A stretch of DNA of 64,000 nt, from the NCBI GenBank assembly GCA_965217115.1, contig OZ244239.1, forward strand, positions 1,536,001 through 1,600,000. The letters are read 5' to 3'. This document shows positions 1 through 10,659 of this stretch, piece by piece (positions within the stretch are counted from its first letter, which is position 1; each line of letters starts with the position of its first letter). The notes under the pieces were generated by a model that saw only the letters and a list, made by a program, of their open reading frames with translations, was not told the DNA's origin and did not search any database. A program made the position numbers and the translations under genes. The stretch comes from Bdellovibrionales bacterium (GTDB lineage: Bacteria; Bdellovibrionota; Bdellovibrionia; Bdellovibrionales; CAYMLA01).

Positions 1-4
1 ATGG

Positions 5-679
5 ATGAGTTCTTTATTTAAAGAGGGGAAAGATAATATTTTTAAAAGTGAGTGGAGAGAGGGAGATTTGGTAGAGATTTTCCGCTCAGATCTAGTACGG
101 GCAGAAGAGATAGAAAAACTTTTAAAAGAGCTGCCTGAATCTGAGATGGGACTTCTTTACGGGATATCTCAGAAAATGTCGAATGGGGGAAGAGCCTATG
201 TGGGCAATAGCATGGCTATTCGGCAGTGGGATATTTTACATCGTTTTAAAAAGAAAAATTATTTGAGCGCAGTAGCGGCCAATCGAGGTGCTAATGGTAT
301 TGATGGGCAGGTGTCGACTTTCTTGGGCTGGGCACAGAGTGGTTGTGAGAACTGGGCCTTTCTTGGGGATTTGACAAGCCTGTATGATCAAAGTGGTTTG
401 TGGGCAGCTCGTTATTCTGATGGTGATTTGCGGCTTGTGGTGATTAATAATAGTGGCGGAAGAATTTTCTCACGTATTTTTTCTAATCCAGCATTTTTGA
501 ATGAGCACGAGATAGAATTCTCTGGATGGGCTAAGATGTGGGGTTTTGATTATCGCTGTTGGGAAAAAATCCCTGGGGATATTTCTGAATTACCGTCTCG
601 AGTGATTATTGAGCTACGGCCTAATTTAGAAGAGACAGAGAAGTTTTGGCAGAGTTACAAGAGGGTTTTTAAAAATTGA
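5..679 (+). CDS. menD: SEPHCHC synthase MenD, C-terminal part (gene starts before the window)
   Basis: GNSMAIR, NRGANGIDG, GDL..LYD and INNSGGRIF ThDP-binding motifs; first gene of the men cluster. Confidence 0.93.
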   Translation: MSSLFKEGKDNIFKSEWREGDLVEIFRSDLVRAEEIEKLLKELPESEMGLLYGISQKMSNGGRAYVGNSMAIRQWDILHRFKKKNYLSAVAANRGANGIDGQVSTFLGWAQSGCENWAFLGDLTSLYDQSGLWAARYSDGDLRLVVINNSGGRIFSRIFSNPAFLNEHEIEFSGWAKMWGFDYRCWEKIPGDISELPSRVIIELRPNLEETEKFWQSYKRVFKN

Positions 680-713
680 TCGGCGGGGGCAATATGGTTT
701 ATTGTAGAAGAGC

Positions 714-1463
714 TTGAAGGAGCTTTTTGCAAGAGATGAAATAAAGTCATCTAAGATATTGGCCTTTCATGGTTTTTTAGGTTGTGATCGAGATTGGAAT
801 CATTTCAAAGACAGTCCTTTGAGGTTGGAGATAGATGCGCCGTCTCTTTTTAGTCCAGAGAGTCAGAGTGTAGAGACAGATGATAAACCAGTGTTTCCAG
901 ATTTTTTAAAACATGGTTCACAGGAGAGTTTGGAGAATTGGGCCAAATTTTTTTTATCGTCATACAACGGGGGTGCAGATGTTTTATTGGGATATTCTAT
1001 GGGTGGGCGCTTGGCGTTGCATCTCTATGAATTAGCCCCTGAACGTTGGCGAGAGGTGATTTTAATTTCAACTCATCTCGGAATAGAAAATAGGATAGAG
1101 AGAGAAAAGCGGGTTTTACATGACCAGAAGTGGGCAGAGAGATTTCGCCGTGATGATTGGCAGAGTTTGTTGAATGACTGGAACGCTCAAGAGGTGTTTG
1201 CAAGAGGTGTGGTCAATGGGGCTCCCGATAGGAGAGAATCCAATTTTGATCGAGAAAAATTAGCTCTAGCCTTGGAAAATTGGTCAACAGGGAGACAAAA
1301 GGATTTCCGTCCGCTATTGACAAAATCAAGCGTCTCTATTGAATATGTCGTTGGAGAGTTGGATGAAAAATATTTACAATTTTCTAAAGAAATTAAACAA
1401 TTAAACCCACGCATTCGTGTGACGGTGGTGCCAAATCAAGGGCACCGAGTGGGGGCTTGGTAA
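714..1463 (+). CDS. menH: SHCHC synthase MenH (alpha/beta hydrolase)
   Basis: HGFLG, GYSMGGRLAL and GELDEKY motifs; lies between menD and menB. Confidence 0.88.
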   Translation: MKELFARDEIKSSKILAFHGFLGCDRDWNHFKDSPLRLEIDAPSLFSPESQSVETDDKPVFPDFLKHGSQESLENWAKFFLSSYNGGADVLLGYSMGGRLALHLYELAPERWREVILISTHLGIENRIEREKRVLHDQKWAERFRRDDWQSLLNDWNAQEVFARGVVNGAPDRRESNFDREKLALALENWSTGRQKDFRPLLTKSSVSIEYVVGELDEKYLQFSKEIKQLNPRIRVTVVPNQGHRVGAW

Positions 1464-1685
1464 ACTGTTATTTCTGAGTTCAGAGCCTAAAAGATTTTAG
1501 TCAGAACAGCCTAGAGGCATCTTATTCGAATTGAGGGTGTTTTTATCAGAAATGAACTGTTTCAGGGCGAATTAATAGCAGCGGTGTGTAACCGTGCAAA
1601 AAGTTGAAATTCGCCTTGTTTTGTGGCAGTCATAGTATCTAGCAAAGAGTGGTATTTTATTTAACAAATAGAGAGGGAGTCCAAG

Positions 1686-2576
1686 ATGGGTATCGACGTT
1701 AATCATACAAATCGATCAAGTAAAACAAACGATAAAACAACAGAGACTCAAATAGTAGAGACTCAATGGCAGTCGATAAAAACCTATGAAGATATTAAAT
1801 TTGAAAAAACCTCTGATGGGATTGCGAAAATCACAATCAATCGTCCAGAAGTTCGTAATGCCTTTAGACCACAAACGGTCCATGAACTTATTGATGCTTT
1901 TAATCTTAGTCGAGAAGATGGATCTATTGGTGTGATTGTTTTAACAGGAGAGGGGAAGGATGCTTTTTGCTCAGGTGGAGATCAAAAGGTTCGAGGACAC
2001 GGAGGTTATATCGGCGGAGATGGAGTGGCCCGCTTAAATATTTTGGATGTGCAAAAACAAATTCGCCATATGCCTAAGCCTGTTGTTGCTATGGTGGCAG
2101 GGTATGCCATTGGTGGTGGACACATACTCCATGTAATTTGTGATTTAACCATAGCTGCTGATAATGCGCGATTTGGTCAAACAGGTGCCAAAGTAGGCTC
2201 CTTTGATGGTGGTTTTGGTAGCAGTTACCTCTCTCGCATCGTTGGACAGAAAAAAGCCCGTGAGATATGGTTTCTCTCCCGTCAATATGATGCTAAACAA
2301 GCTTTGGATATGGGGCTTGTGAATACGGTGGTTCCTTATGAGGAGCTTGAGGCCGAAACTTTAAAGTGGTGTCGTGAAATGTTAGAGATGTCACCAATGG
2401 CTCTGCGCTTGCTGAAATCTTCAATGAACGCTGACTGTGACGGTCAAGTGGGTTTACAAGAATTAGCAGGAAATGCCACGCTTCTTTACTATATGTCAGA
2501 AGAAGCCAAAGAGGGTAAAGATGCATTTATTGAAAAGCGAAAACCCGATTTCAGTAAATTCCCACGACTACCATAA
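1686..2576 (+). CDS. menB: 1,4-dihydroxy-2-naphthoyl-CoA synthase
   Basis: [29 protein letters not shown] and C-terminal [13 protein letters not shown]. Confidence 0.98.
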   Translation: MGIDVNHTNRSSKTNDKTTETQIVETQWQSIKTYEDIKFEKTSDGIAKITINRPEVRNAFRPQTVHELIDAFNLSREDGSIGVIVLTGEGKDAFCSGGDQKVRGHGGYIGGDGVARLNILDVQKQIRHMPKPVVAMVAGYAIGGGHILHVICDLTIAADNARFGQTGAKVGSFDGGFGSSYLSRIVGQKKAREIWFLSRQYDAKQALDMGLVNTVVPYEELEAETLKWCREMLEMSPMALRLLKSSMNADCDGQVGLQELAGNATLLYYMSEEAKEGKDAFIEKRKPDFSKFPRLP

Positions 2577-2590
2577 ATAGTAGAGATTTT

Positions 2591-3475
2591 ATGTTAAAGA
2601 TTTATCTCAGAGCATGGACACAAGCTTTTCGTCCAAAAACTTTAACGGCAGCAGTGGTTCCTATTTTTGTAGCGACAGCTTTGGTCTCAGCTGTTGGTAT
2701 ACCCATCAAATGGCATTTGTCTGTTTTTGCGTTGCTATCGTCGTTACTGATTCAAATTGGTACGAATTTATTTAATGATGCCATTGATTTTAAAAAAGGA
2801 GCTGACACAGAAGATCGTCTAGGTCCCAAGAGAATCACACAAAGCGGTCAATTCTCTTCTCAACAAGTGATGTTTGCCGGGGTGATGAGTTTACTTGCAG
2901 CCACGGCCATGGGAGTGCCTTTAATTTTGGAAGGAGGTTGGCCCATATTGATCGTTGGAGTTTTCTCTCTTTTTTTGGCTTACTCTTACACTGGTGGGCC
3001 TTTTCCTTTAGCTTATTTAGGGTTAGGGGACTTATTTGTAATGTTGTTTTTTGGTGTGATCGCTATCGTGGGGCTTTTTTATATTCAAACAAAGGAGATA
3101 TCTCTATGGGCCTTATTGGGAGGTGTGCAGATTGGCTCTCTGGCAACAGTGTTGATTGTCATTAATAATCTTCGTGATAGAGAAGGAGATAAAAAAGTTG
3201 GTAAAAAAACACTGGCCGTGCGTTTTGGAGAAAAATTTTCTAAGCATGAGATGACGATACTGTCTATTTTTCCATTTTTTTTAGGTCTTGTGTGGTGGCA
3301 AGGGGGATTTTTATGGGCGGCTGGTTTACCGGTATTGGTTTTGCCCTTGAGCTGGTTTTTATTGAGGAACATCTATCGCCATTCGCCCAGCGAGATTTAT
3401 AATCAATTTTTGATGCAAGCAGCAGGGGTGCATTTGGTGTTTGGATTACTTTTGAGTTTAGGACTTGTGTTGTGA
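2591..3475 (+). CDS. menA: DHNA octaprenyltransferase
   Basis: [19 protein letters not shown] and [22 protein letters not shown] motifs; multiple TM segments. Confidence 0.95.
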   Translation: MLKIYLRAWTQAFRPKTLTAAVVPIFVATALVSAVGIPIKWHLSVFALLSSLLIQIGTNLFNDAIDFKKGADTEDRLGPKRITQSGQFSSQQVMFAGVMSLLAATAMGVPLILEGGWPILIVGVFSLFLAYSYTGGPFPLAYLGLGDLFVMLFFGVIAIVGLFYIQTKEISLWALLGGVQIGSLATVLIVINNLRDREGDKKVGKKTLAVRFGEKFSKHEMTILSIFPFFLGLVWWQGGFLWAAGLPVLVLPLSWFLLRNIYRHSPSEIYNQFLMQAAGVHLVFGLLLSLGLVL

Positions 3476-3533
3476 ATAATCCAAGCGATTTAAAAAAAAC
3501 ATTATTGATTCAGTGTAGAGATAAGGATTTAAA

Positions 3534-4571
3534 ATGAAAATACAGTTTTCACCCTATGAAATTCAACCTTTAGCCCCTTTAAACAGCCTCTCTCAAATTC
3601 AGGTTAAAAAAACTCACGTAAGAACGGGTGCTCTCCTAAAAATTGAATTTGAAAAGGGAGTCGTGGGGTATGCCGATATTCATCCATGGGTTGAATTGGG
3701 GGATCGGCCATTGGCTGAGCAGCTTTATAGTTTATGTGTAGGAGAGCTGACGGATTTAACACGTAAATCCATTGGTTTTGCTGGTATTGATGCCAAGGCG
3801 AGACAGGAGGGAGTGAATCTTTTAGCAGGAGTTGAAATACCAGAAAGTCACGCTCTGATATTAGAACCATTGGTTCTTAAACTGGAGCATATTGATGCTC
3901 TTTTTCAAAAAGGATATCGTTTTGCTAAGTGTAAGATGGGAGTAGACCTAGAAAAAGAATTGCAGCACTTGAATGATTTGGCCAAGCATGAATGGAAAGA
4001 ACAGTCAGGTGAGAGGTTAAAACTGCGTTTAGATTTTAATGCGAGCCATTCAGCCAAAGATGTTAAAGAAAAATTTATATCAAAAATATCAAATAAATTA
4101 AAAGACAAGATCGATTTTATTGAAGATCCTTGCAAATATGATTTCACATCTTGGCAAGATTTTCGTCAACAGGGTTTTGTTCTTGCTTATGACAGAAAAG
4201 AAGATGGTCTGCCCATTGGTGAAGTGGCAGCAGATATACTGATATATAAGCCAGCGATTGAGGATGGTGCTGAGTTAGAGGAGTATTGTCATCTCCACGG
4301 AAAGAAGATTTTTATAACCTCTTATATGGATCATCCTGTGGGGCAAATGTTTTCAGCCATCGAGGCTGTAAAATATAAAGAGAAAGACCAAGAAAGAAAA
4401 GAAAAAATACTTCATGGTGCAGGGTTGCTGTCTCATCTGGTTTATGAGAAAAATGAATTTTCCTCGTTACTTACAGTACAAGGTTCGAGATTTGTAATAA
4501 ATGACGGATTAGGAATTGGTTTTGATAAATTACTTGAACAGAGAACTTGGCTGGATATAAGTAGGAGATAG
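3534..4571 (+). CDS. menC: o-succinylbenzoate synthase
   Basis: KCKMG (KxK), LRLDFN and FIEDP enolase-superfamily motifs; cluster context. Confidence 0.88.
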   Translation: MKIQFSPYEIQPLAPLNSLSQIQVKKTHVRTGALLKIEFEKGVVGYADIHPWVELGDRPLAEQLYSLCVGELTDLTRKSIGFAGIDAKARQEGVNLLAGVEIPESHALILEPLVLKLEHIDALFQKGYRFAKCKMGVDLEKELQHLNDLAKHEWKEQSGERLKLRLDFNASHSAKDVKEKFISKISNKLKDKIDFIEDPCKYDFTSWQDFRQQGFVLAYDRKEDGLPIGEVAADILIYKPAIEDGAELEEYCHLHGKKIFITSYMDHPVGQMFSAIEAVKYKEKDQERKEKILHGAGLLSHLVYEKNEFSSLLTVQGSRFVINDGLGIGFDKLLEQRTWLDISRR

Positions 4572-4577
4572 TGAGTT

Positions 4578-5741
4578 TTGGTAGGAAAGCATTCTAATCA
4601 GTTTGTAAATAATAGAATTATTGAAAGTAAACCTATCCATTGGGAATCTGAGGAGAGTCATATTCTATTGAACCCGTGTTTAATAGAGACCTTTTTTAAG
4701 GAAGATTCGTCGAAAGAAAATCTTGAGAGGATAGGTCATTTACACGAAGAAGACCCGAAGCTTAGAGGGCATTTGTGGTTTTTAACTTCAGGAACGACAG
4801 GGGGCCCTAAATGGGTGGCTCTGTCTAAGGTGGCTTTTTTAGAAGCAGCTCAGAGTGTGAATGATTATTTAGAAATCGTTAAGGAAGATCGGTTTTTAAA
4901 TGTTCTTCCTGAATTTCATGTAGGGGGTTTGGCAATAGAGGCCAGAGCGTATCTAAGTGGAAGCAGTGTGAATCGAGTGGATGATAATTGGAAATGGAAT
5001 CCTAGTGAGTTTACGCAGAAGATTATTCAAGAAAAAACAACCTTAACATCTTTGGTGCCAACACAGGTTTTTGATTTGGTAACAGATGGGCAAGTTTGTC
5101 CAGGCTCTTTACGAGCTGTTGTTGTGGGAGGAGATAGATTATCCACTAAACTTTATACTAGAGCAAGAGAGCTTGGTTGGCCACTTCTGCCGAGTTACGG
5201 CATGACGGAAACGAGTGCCTTGGTGGCGGGGGCCTCTCTTGATAGCTTGCAAGAAAAAAAATTTCCTAAGGTTGAAATTTTAAGTCATATGCAAATCAAG
5301 GAAGGTTTAAAGGGTTTTCTGTGTTTTAAAGGAAAGGGCCTCTTAACAGGGTATTATTTAGAAGATGGGTTTATAGATCCCAAGAGTGATGGTTGGTTTA
5401 AGTCAGAGGATCGAGGTGTTGTTATGAATGGAGGTGACTTAAGTGTCTTAGGGCGAGGAAATGGATTTTTTAAAATTAAGGGCGAGAATATTAGTCTTTT
5501 TCATTTACGAGAAAAATGGAGTCAGCTATCACTCTCCTTAGAGCATCATTTGTCTGTCACAAATGATGAACGCCAGGGGAAATCTCTGATCTTATTAACT
5601 AAGAACCCTCAAGAGGGTGAAATTTTAAAAAAACAATTTAATAAACAGGTCAATCCTTTTGAAAGAATTGATAAAATTGTCGTTGTTTCTGAAATTCTAA
5701 GAACGGAACTGGGAAAAGTGATTGAGGAAAAGCAAAGGTAA
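4578..5741 (+). CDS. menE: o-succinylbenzoate-CoA ligase
   Basis: TSGTTGGPK, FHVGGL, SLVPTQ and SYGMTET adenylation motifs. Confidence 0.9.
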   Translation: MVGKHSNQFVNNRIIESKPIHWESEESHILLNPCLIETFFKEDSSKENLERIGHLHEEDPKLRGHLWFLTSGTTGGPKWVALSKVAFLEAAQSVNDYLEIVKEDRFLNVLPEFHVGGLAIEARAYLSGSSVNRVDDNWKWNPSEFTQKIIQEKTTLTSLVPTQVFDLVTDGQVCPGSLRAVVVGGDRLSTKLYTRARELGWPLLPSYGMTETSALVAGASLDSLQEKKFPKVEILSHMQIKEGLKGFLCFKGKGLLTGYYLEDGFIDPKSDGWFKSEDRGVVMNGGDLSVLGRGNGFFKIKGENISLFHLREKWSQLSLSLEHHLSVTNDERQGKSLILLTKNPQEGEILKKQFNKQVNPFERIDKIVVVSEILRTELGKVIEEKQR

Positions 5742-5754
5742 TTATTTAAGTGTA

Positions 5755-6153
5755 TTAAAAAAAATCGTTTGCAATGGGAAGTTTATTTTTTGATTTTCGA
5801 TCAATACAGACATGAATGGTTTTTACCTCAGCCATCACTGTGTTTTGTTGATCTGTAAACTTGTAAGTGAATTCTAGAGAACGCTCCCGTTTTTGACTGA
5901 GTTTAACATTCACTTGATAAGTTTGCCCCCCTTCTAAGGGTTTTCTGTATTTAGATTCTGCAGAGAGAATAGGATAGGCTTTCTGTGGGTGATTGAACCA
6001 TTCTTCATACGAAATACCTTGATTTAGTAGGGTTTCTTCGAGTAAATCGTGGCAGAGATCAAAAATATTGGCAAAAAACAAGATACCTGCAGGATCGCAG
6101 TGAGCAAAACGAATGGTGAGCTCTTTTTTTAATAACATGAAAATATTCTCCAT
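5755..6153 (-). CDS. Hotdog-fold acyl-CoA thioesterase (probable DHNA-CoA hydrolase)
   Basis: IRFAHCDPAGILFFAN 4HBT-type motif; convergent on menE. Confidence 0.8.
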   Translation of the reverse strand: MENIFMLLKKELTIRFAHCDPAGILFFANIFDLCHDLLEETLLNQGISYEEWFNHPQKAYPILSAESKYRKPLEGGQTYQVNVKLSQKRERSLEFTYKFTDQQNTVMAEVKTIHVCIDRKSKNKLPIANDFF

Positions 6154-6300
6154 AATAGTTATTCTATTTGAGCTTGTACCTATTATAGTTACTTCTGTCA
6201 GCCCTTTTAAATGGTGCTGAGCGTGTTTATGGCGATAATAATAGGGAAGTGAGTGATTTTCTGAGTGAAATTTCTTTAAAACTTAGTTATAAGTGCATAA

Positions 6301-7239
6301 ATGGAAAAAATTAAAATTTACAGTCCTAATGATTTCCCTGATTATTTGCCTAAACTCAATGATCTCTATGATGATCTTTTTAGTGGGGGCAAGGAGTTTC
6401 GTTCAAAATTAATACAGCAAATATCGAAACATTTAAAGTTAGATAGAAAAACAATAATTCTTTTAAGTCAGACCATTGAATTTATTCATAATGCCTCGCT
6501 ACTCCATGATGATCTAATAGATCAGTCGAATCTGCGGAGGGGCAAGACCACGGCATGGCTAAAATACAGTCCAGAATATGCTGTTCTTGCAGGGGATTAT
6601 TTATTGGCCCGTGTTATTGTGAATCTTTGTGATTTTGGCCAATTACGATTGGTTAAATTTACTGGAGAGACTATTTCTAATTTGTTAGAGGGGGAGTGGC
6701 TTCAAGATTCATTATTGAATCGTTGGAATTTAACTCCAGAGGAATTGGATCGAGTTCATACGTTTAAAACGTCTTCGTTATTTAAGTGGTGCTTGCAGGC
6801 GCCATTTATGGCCAAAGGCCTTTATTCGAAAGATCTACATAACAAGCTTTCAGAGATGGGAGACATATTGGGGCAACTCTTCCAAAGAGGCGATGATCTT
6901 TTAGATTTTGATGTGAGAAATAAAGAGGGCAAACACACTCTGGGAGACTTGAAGTCAGGTTATTTGAATTCATTTGCAACGTTTGTATTGAAAAGATCTA
7001 AGAAGGATATTGAATCTTGGCGACATAGCTCCACTATTGATGAGTTAAAGAGTAATTTAGGGAAAGAGTTTTTTTCTGATTGTTTAAAGGATTTTGACGG
7101 AATCAATGAGAAGATGATTGAGCGTTACGATGCTTTAAACAAGTCTTTGAAAGAGTTACTTCCTTCTGAATCTCAGAGTTTATGTCAGGAGCTTGCTCTG
7201 CTGCCATTTCTTCTTTATTGGCGAGGAGAAGAGAAGTGA
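6301..7239 (+). CDS. Polyprenyl diphosphate synthase
   Basis: ASLLHDDLIDQSNLRRG (first Asp-rich motif) and FQRGDDLLD (second Asp-rich motif). Confidence 0.92.
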   Translation: MEKIKIYSPNDFPDYLPKLNDLYDDLFSGGKEFRSKLIQQISKHLKLDRKTIILLSQTIEFIHNASLLHDDLIDQSNLRRGKTTAWLKYSPEYAVLAGDYLLARVIVNLCDFGQLRLVKFTGETISNLLEGEWLQDSLLNRWNLTPEELDRVHTFKTSSLFKWCLQAPFMAKGLYSKDLHNKLSEMGDILGQLFQRGDDLLDFDVRNKEGKHTLGDLKSGYLNSFATFVLKRSKKDIESWRHSSTIDELKSNLGKEFFSDCLKDFDGINEKMIERYDALNKSLKELLPSESQSLCQELALLPFLLYWRGEEK

Positions 7240-8285
7240 CTGAAACGATAACTCTATTTAAAGAGGATTCTTTATTTAAATCTTACTTGACGGGAGTTTT
7301 CTCAGAGAAGAAAAGAGCAATCCCCGTACAAACATTGAATGCAGGTACGACAGAAGAGAGTGTTACTTTTGAAATAAAAGAGATTCAAGAGATAGACGCG
7401 CCATCGGTATTTTATGTATGTCTAGAGATGGCCCGATTGCAGAGTTTGGGGCTATTGATTCTGATTTCATCCCTTATTCTGTTGTTTTTTAATAAGGAGC
7501 AGATTGTTTGGAACCATCAACTTGCCCTGATAAGCTTTATAGGTTGTCTGTTTATTCACATTGGGTGCAATCTGTTAAATGATTATATCGGCCATATTAA
7601 GGGGGTTGATCGTCAGAGCCCAAGTTCAGGAAGTAGAGTTATTCAAAAGGGTTGGGTGACAGCGATTGTAGTTAAAAGAATAGGATATTTCTGTCTGATT
7701 GTAGGTGGGTTGTTAGGAGTTCCTGCGATGTTAGTTCACCCTGCAGTGATTTATGTTGTGTTATTTGGAGTGTTGATAGCGGCCCTTGTTTTTTTAGCAT
7801 ATAAAATGAATTTGATGCTAAAAGGAGTAGGAGAAACTTTGATATTTGCTTTATCTGGACCTTTAATGGTCAATGGTTTCTCTTTAGCTATTACAGGAAG
7901 AACGAATTTAGAAATTCTGATGTTTAGTGTTTTAGTTGGATGGTCGTCTACTTTGCTTCTGCATATAAAAAACTTGGAGCAAGTGGTGTATAATTCTAAA
8001 AAAAATCATAAAAACTGGGTTGGCCATCTGGGTTTTGAAAAAGGTCGGGTATTAATTTATTTTTGGATAATAGCCCAGGTTTGTCTGGTGACCTTGCAGG
8101 TCAGTTTTTATCAGAAATTTTCGTGGGTGTTATTTAATTCAGTTCTTATTTTAAGTCTGGGGCTATTTTTGAAAATCAAACAATCGAAGCTTGCCCATGT
8201 AAAGGACAAATGGAGTGGCCGTTTTTTTGGTAATACCTATCTTTATTTACTCTATATAGTGCTGTTAGTTTCTTTCCGTATTTAA
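7236..8285 (+). CDS. Second MenA/UbiA-family prenyltransferase-like membrane protein
   Basis: NLLNDYIGHIKGVD..SGSRVIQKG and KGVGE motifs; GTG start overlaps the upstream TGA (GTGA) behind AGGAG. Confidence 0.75.
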   Translation: MTETITLFKEDSLFKSYLTGVFSEKKRAIPVQTLNAGTTEESVTFEIKEIQEIDAPSVFYVCLEMARLQSLGLLILISSLILLFFNKEQIVWNHQLALISFIGCLFIHIGCNLLNDYIGHIKGVDRQSPSSGSRVIQKGWVTAIVVKRIGYFCLIVGGLLGVPAMLVHPAVIYVVLFGVLIAALVFLAYKMNLMLKGVGETLIFALSGPLMVNGFSLAITGRTNLEILMFSVLVGWSSTLLLHIKNLEQVVYNSKKNHKNWVGHLGFEKGRVLIYFWIIAQVCLVTLQVSFYQKFSWVLFNSVLILSLGLFLKIKQSKLAHVKDKWSGRFFGNTYLYLLYIVLLVSFRI

Positions 8286-8295
8286 TGAGAGTGTT

Positions 8296-9054
8296 TTGAA
8301 AATCCTTATTGTCGATAAAAAATCTCAAAAAATAGCAGAAGAAGCCGCAGAAGTAACAGGGCTTGTTTGTACTAAGACAGAGAGAGATGACGCCTATCTT
8401 TTGGCTCAAGAAGGAACTATTCGCTTTATCCCTAGTGATAATCTGTTTAAGCCTGTAACTTTTGGTTGGTTGTCTTTGATGGACAGTTGTGATGTTCGTA
8501 TTTTTCGTACTAAGAAGGACTTACTCTATAGAGCCGTTGGATTAAAAAATGGTTTGAACAGTATTGTGGATGTAACAACAGGAATGGGCTGGGATGCTTT
8601 GAGCTTGTGGTGCATGAATCGTTGGGGAGGCTCTCCATTGACTGTTCATGCTGTGGAGAGGAACCCGATCGTTTACAGCCTTCTTTTGAGTTCTTTTCGA
8701 CAATTGGAAGATCACGGGTATGATTGTTCGGGGTTAGCAATACATTTTTCTGAAGCGAGGGATTTTTTGCTAAAGCATACGCAGGAGAGCAGACCTGATG
8801 TTGTTTTTTTAGATCCGATGTTTACAGAAAAGAAAAAAAAATCTTTGCCGCGTAAAGAGATGCAGGTTTTTAGAGAGATCGTTGGTGATGATCTAGACTC
8901 TGAAGATCTGTTAAATCAGGCTTTGGAGGTGGCAAAGAAGAGAGTCGTGGTGAAAAGACCTATCAAAGCTCCCAGTTTACGATCGAAGGAGGAGCAAGTA
9001 GAACCTCAAAGCATTCAAGGGAAGTTGATTCGTTACGATATTTACATGAAGTAA
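8296..9054 (+). CDS. rsmJ: 16S rRNA m2G1516 methyltransferase RsmJ-like
   Basis: DVTTGMGWD, VERNP, PDVVFLDPMF, RVVVKRP and IRYDIY motifs. Confidence 0.88.
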   Translation: MKILIVDKKSQKIAEEAAEVTGLVCTKTERDDAYLLAQEGTIRFIPSDNLFKPVTFGWLSLMDSCDVRIFRTKKDLLYRAVGLKNGLNSIVDVTTGMGWDALSLWCMNRWGGSPLTVHAVERNPIVYSLLLSSFRQLEDHGYDCSGLAIHFSEARDFLLKHTQESRPDVVFLDPMFTEKKKKSLPRKEMQVFREIVGDDLDSEDLLNQALEVAKKRVVVKRPIKAPSLRSKEEQVEPQSIQGKLIRYDIYMK

Positions 9055-9170
9055 ACTATGAGTAATCATCTGAGCGTCTTTTAAAATGAAATCTTTTAAT
9101 ACCCTTATATGAGCTTGAATTGAACAGGTGTGAATAAGATTTATCTTGTTTTTGGGCAAGATATTGATTT

Positions 9171-9281
9171 GATATTCTGACATAGGTCGAGGCTAGTTTT
9201 TTAAATTGATATCTGTACATGAGTCGAGGCTAATTCCTTAACTTAATATCTTGACATAAGTCGAGACTAGTTCCTCACCAT
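9171..9281. repeat. Three imperfect 37-bp tandem repeats upstream of the phospholipase-like gene
   Basis: GTCGAGRCTA core at 9186, 9223 and 9260, each preceded by ATAT..ACAT. Confidence 0.85.
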
Positions 9282-9360
9282 ATAGCTATAACTACTGTAC
9301 ACTGTTGGTAGGTTTTTTTAGCCTGAATCGCATTAATTATTAGATCGGAGGTAAAGGTTC

Positions 9361-10617
9361 GTGTCACGGTTTTGTCTATTGCTGGTAGTTATTTATGTAA
9401 GTTTTATATCTAGCGCCTATGGAAAAGGGAAGAGTTGTTCTAGTCGAAATTTATATAATCCAAAGTGGCTTGAAGCTGAGCATGAATATTTAGCTAATAA
9501 AGGTTTCTTGGATGCCTGCGCTCAAATGAAATTTTCTAAAAAGAAATGCTTTAAAAATAAAATCCCAAGAAAAGACAAGAAAATTCGCTTAAGCTACGGT
9601 CAGATAGCTCTACTTGGAGACAATTATCTAAAAGAAAATCTTTTATTTGAAGAAGATGGTGAAGGGGAAATCTCTAACGAAGGTATGAAGAAAATTTTCA
9701 AATGTATTAATAGAAGCGGTGAAGTTCATGAAGAGCAAAGAAGAAGGCCAGACGTCAAGTATCCAGATTGTCAGTGGGTCATATTTTTTAATTCGCAAGG
9801 CATGGTAGAAACTATAAGTCACAATACTCATCACTTTGGTTGGTATAATATGAAGGCCTATGTTCGCATACATCAAAAATCTTTAAATGAAGCAAAATTA
9901 TCTGGAGAGTTAAGAAGGCGAGGTTTTATAAGAGAAAGCGATTATTATTTTAGAAAGGCGCTCTATACTAATGGATATGCTGACCATCTTTTGTCTGATG
10001 CCTTCTCGGCTGGGCATATTCGTATTCCAAGAACACAGTTAAAAAAATGGGGTCGAAATAACCTTCGTGGTTTATTAAGAAAATACAAAGGGGACGTTTT
10101 AGCCACCATATTACATAATACCGAAGCTAAAGATAGTTCTGGATCGGAAATTGGTTTTAGTGTAAAAAATTCTGTGGGTAATAAATGGAAAACTCGTTCT
10201 GATTCTAAATTGAACGAATGTCGACAAGAGAGTCATATTGGTATTAGACTGCCTATTGAGGCGATAAAAGCTTCAGTTATAGAGGTATTGCGCGCTTACA
10301 AAACAGGAAAGCAGCCTAAGGGGGTTTTTGCAGCGACCAAATTAGTGCCATTTTCAGATGAGCCGAGTTTCAAAGAAAAATTTGACTCTTTAATTCAAAG
10401 AGAGGGTTTGAGACCTCTAGCAAAACGATTGAGAAAAGCAGCGCCCGTGCCCCTTCGATGGGTGATTACTAAAAGAAATGTCGCTCATATGTTAAATAAC
10501 ATAGAGCCCATTATGTCTAGTTTTAGAGCTGATGTGGGTCTGAATTTAGGAATTAATTCGGAACTTGAACATCGACTTCCCAAAAAATACATAGATGCTT
10601 ATTTAAATGTTCAATAG
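9361..10617 (+). CDS. Secreted zinc-dependent phospholipase C-like protein
   Basis: Signal peptide; HHFGW and ADHLLSDAFSAGHIR resemble the H-x-x-x-D-x-F-x-x-G-H motif of Legionella/Pseudomonas PlcC-type enzymes. Confidence 0.65.
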   Translation: MSRFCLLLVVIYVSFISSAYGKGKSCSSRNLYNPKWLEAEHEYLANKGFLDACAQMKFSKKKCFKNKIPRKDKKIRLSYGQIALLGDNYLKENLLFEEDGEGEISNEGMKKIFKCINRSGEVHEEQRRRPDVKYPDCQWVIFFNSQGMVETISHNTHHFGWYNMKAYVRIHQKSLNEAKLSGELRRRGFIRESDYYFRKALYTNGYADHLLSDAFSAGHIRIPRTQLKKWGRNNLRGLLRKYKGDVLATILHNTEAKDSSGSEIGFSVKNSVGNKWKTRSDSKLNECRQESHIGIRLPIEAIKASVIEVLRAYKTGKQPKGVFAATKLVPFSDEPSFKEKFDSLIQREGLRPLAKRLRKAAPVPLRWVITKRNVAHMLNNIEPIMSSFRADVGLNLGINSELEHRLPKKYIDAYLNVQ

Positions 10618-10659
10618 ATGTATCGAATTACTGTGAAAAGAGTTAAAAAAAAATTGTGT

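Noticed and set aside
9171..9281. Possible mini-CRISPR array
   Set aside because: Units are contiguous 37-mers with no unique spacers; no cas genes in the window
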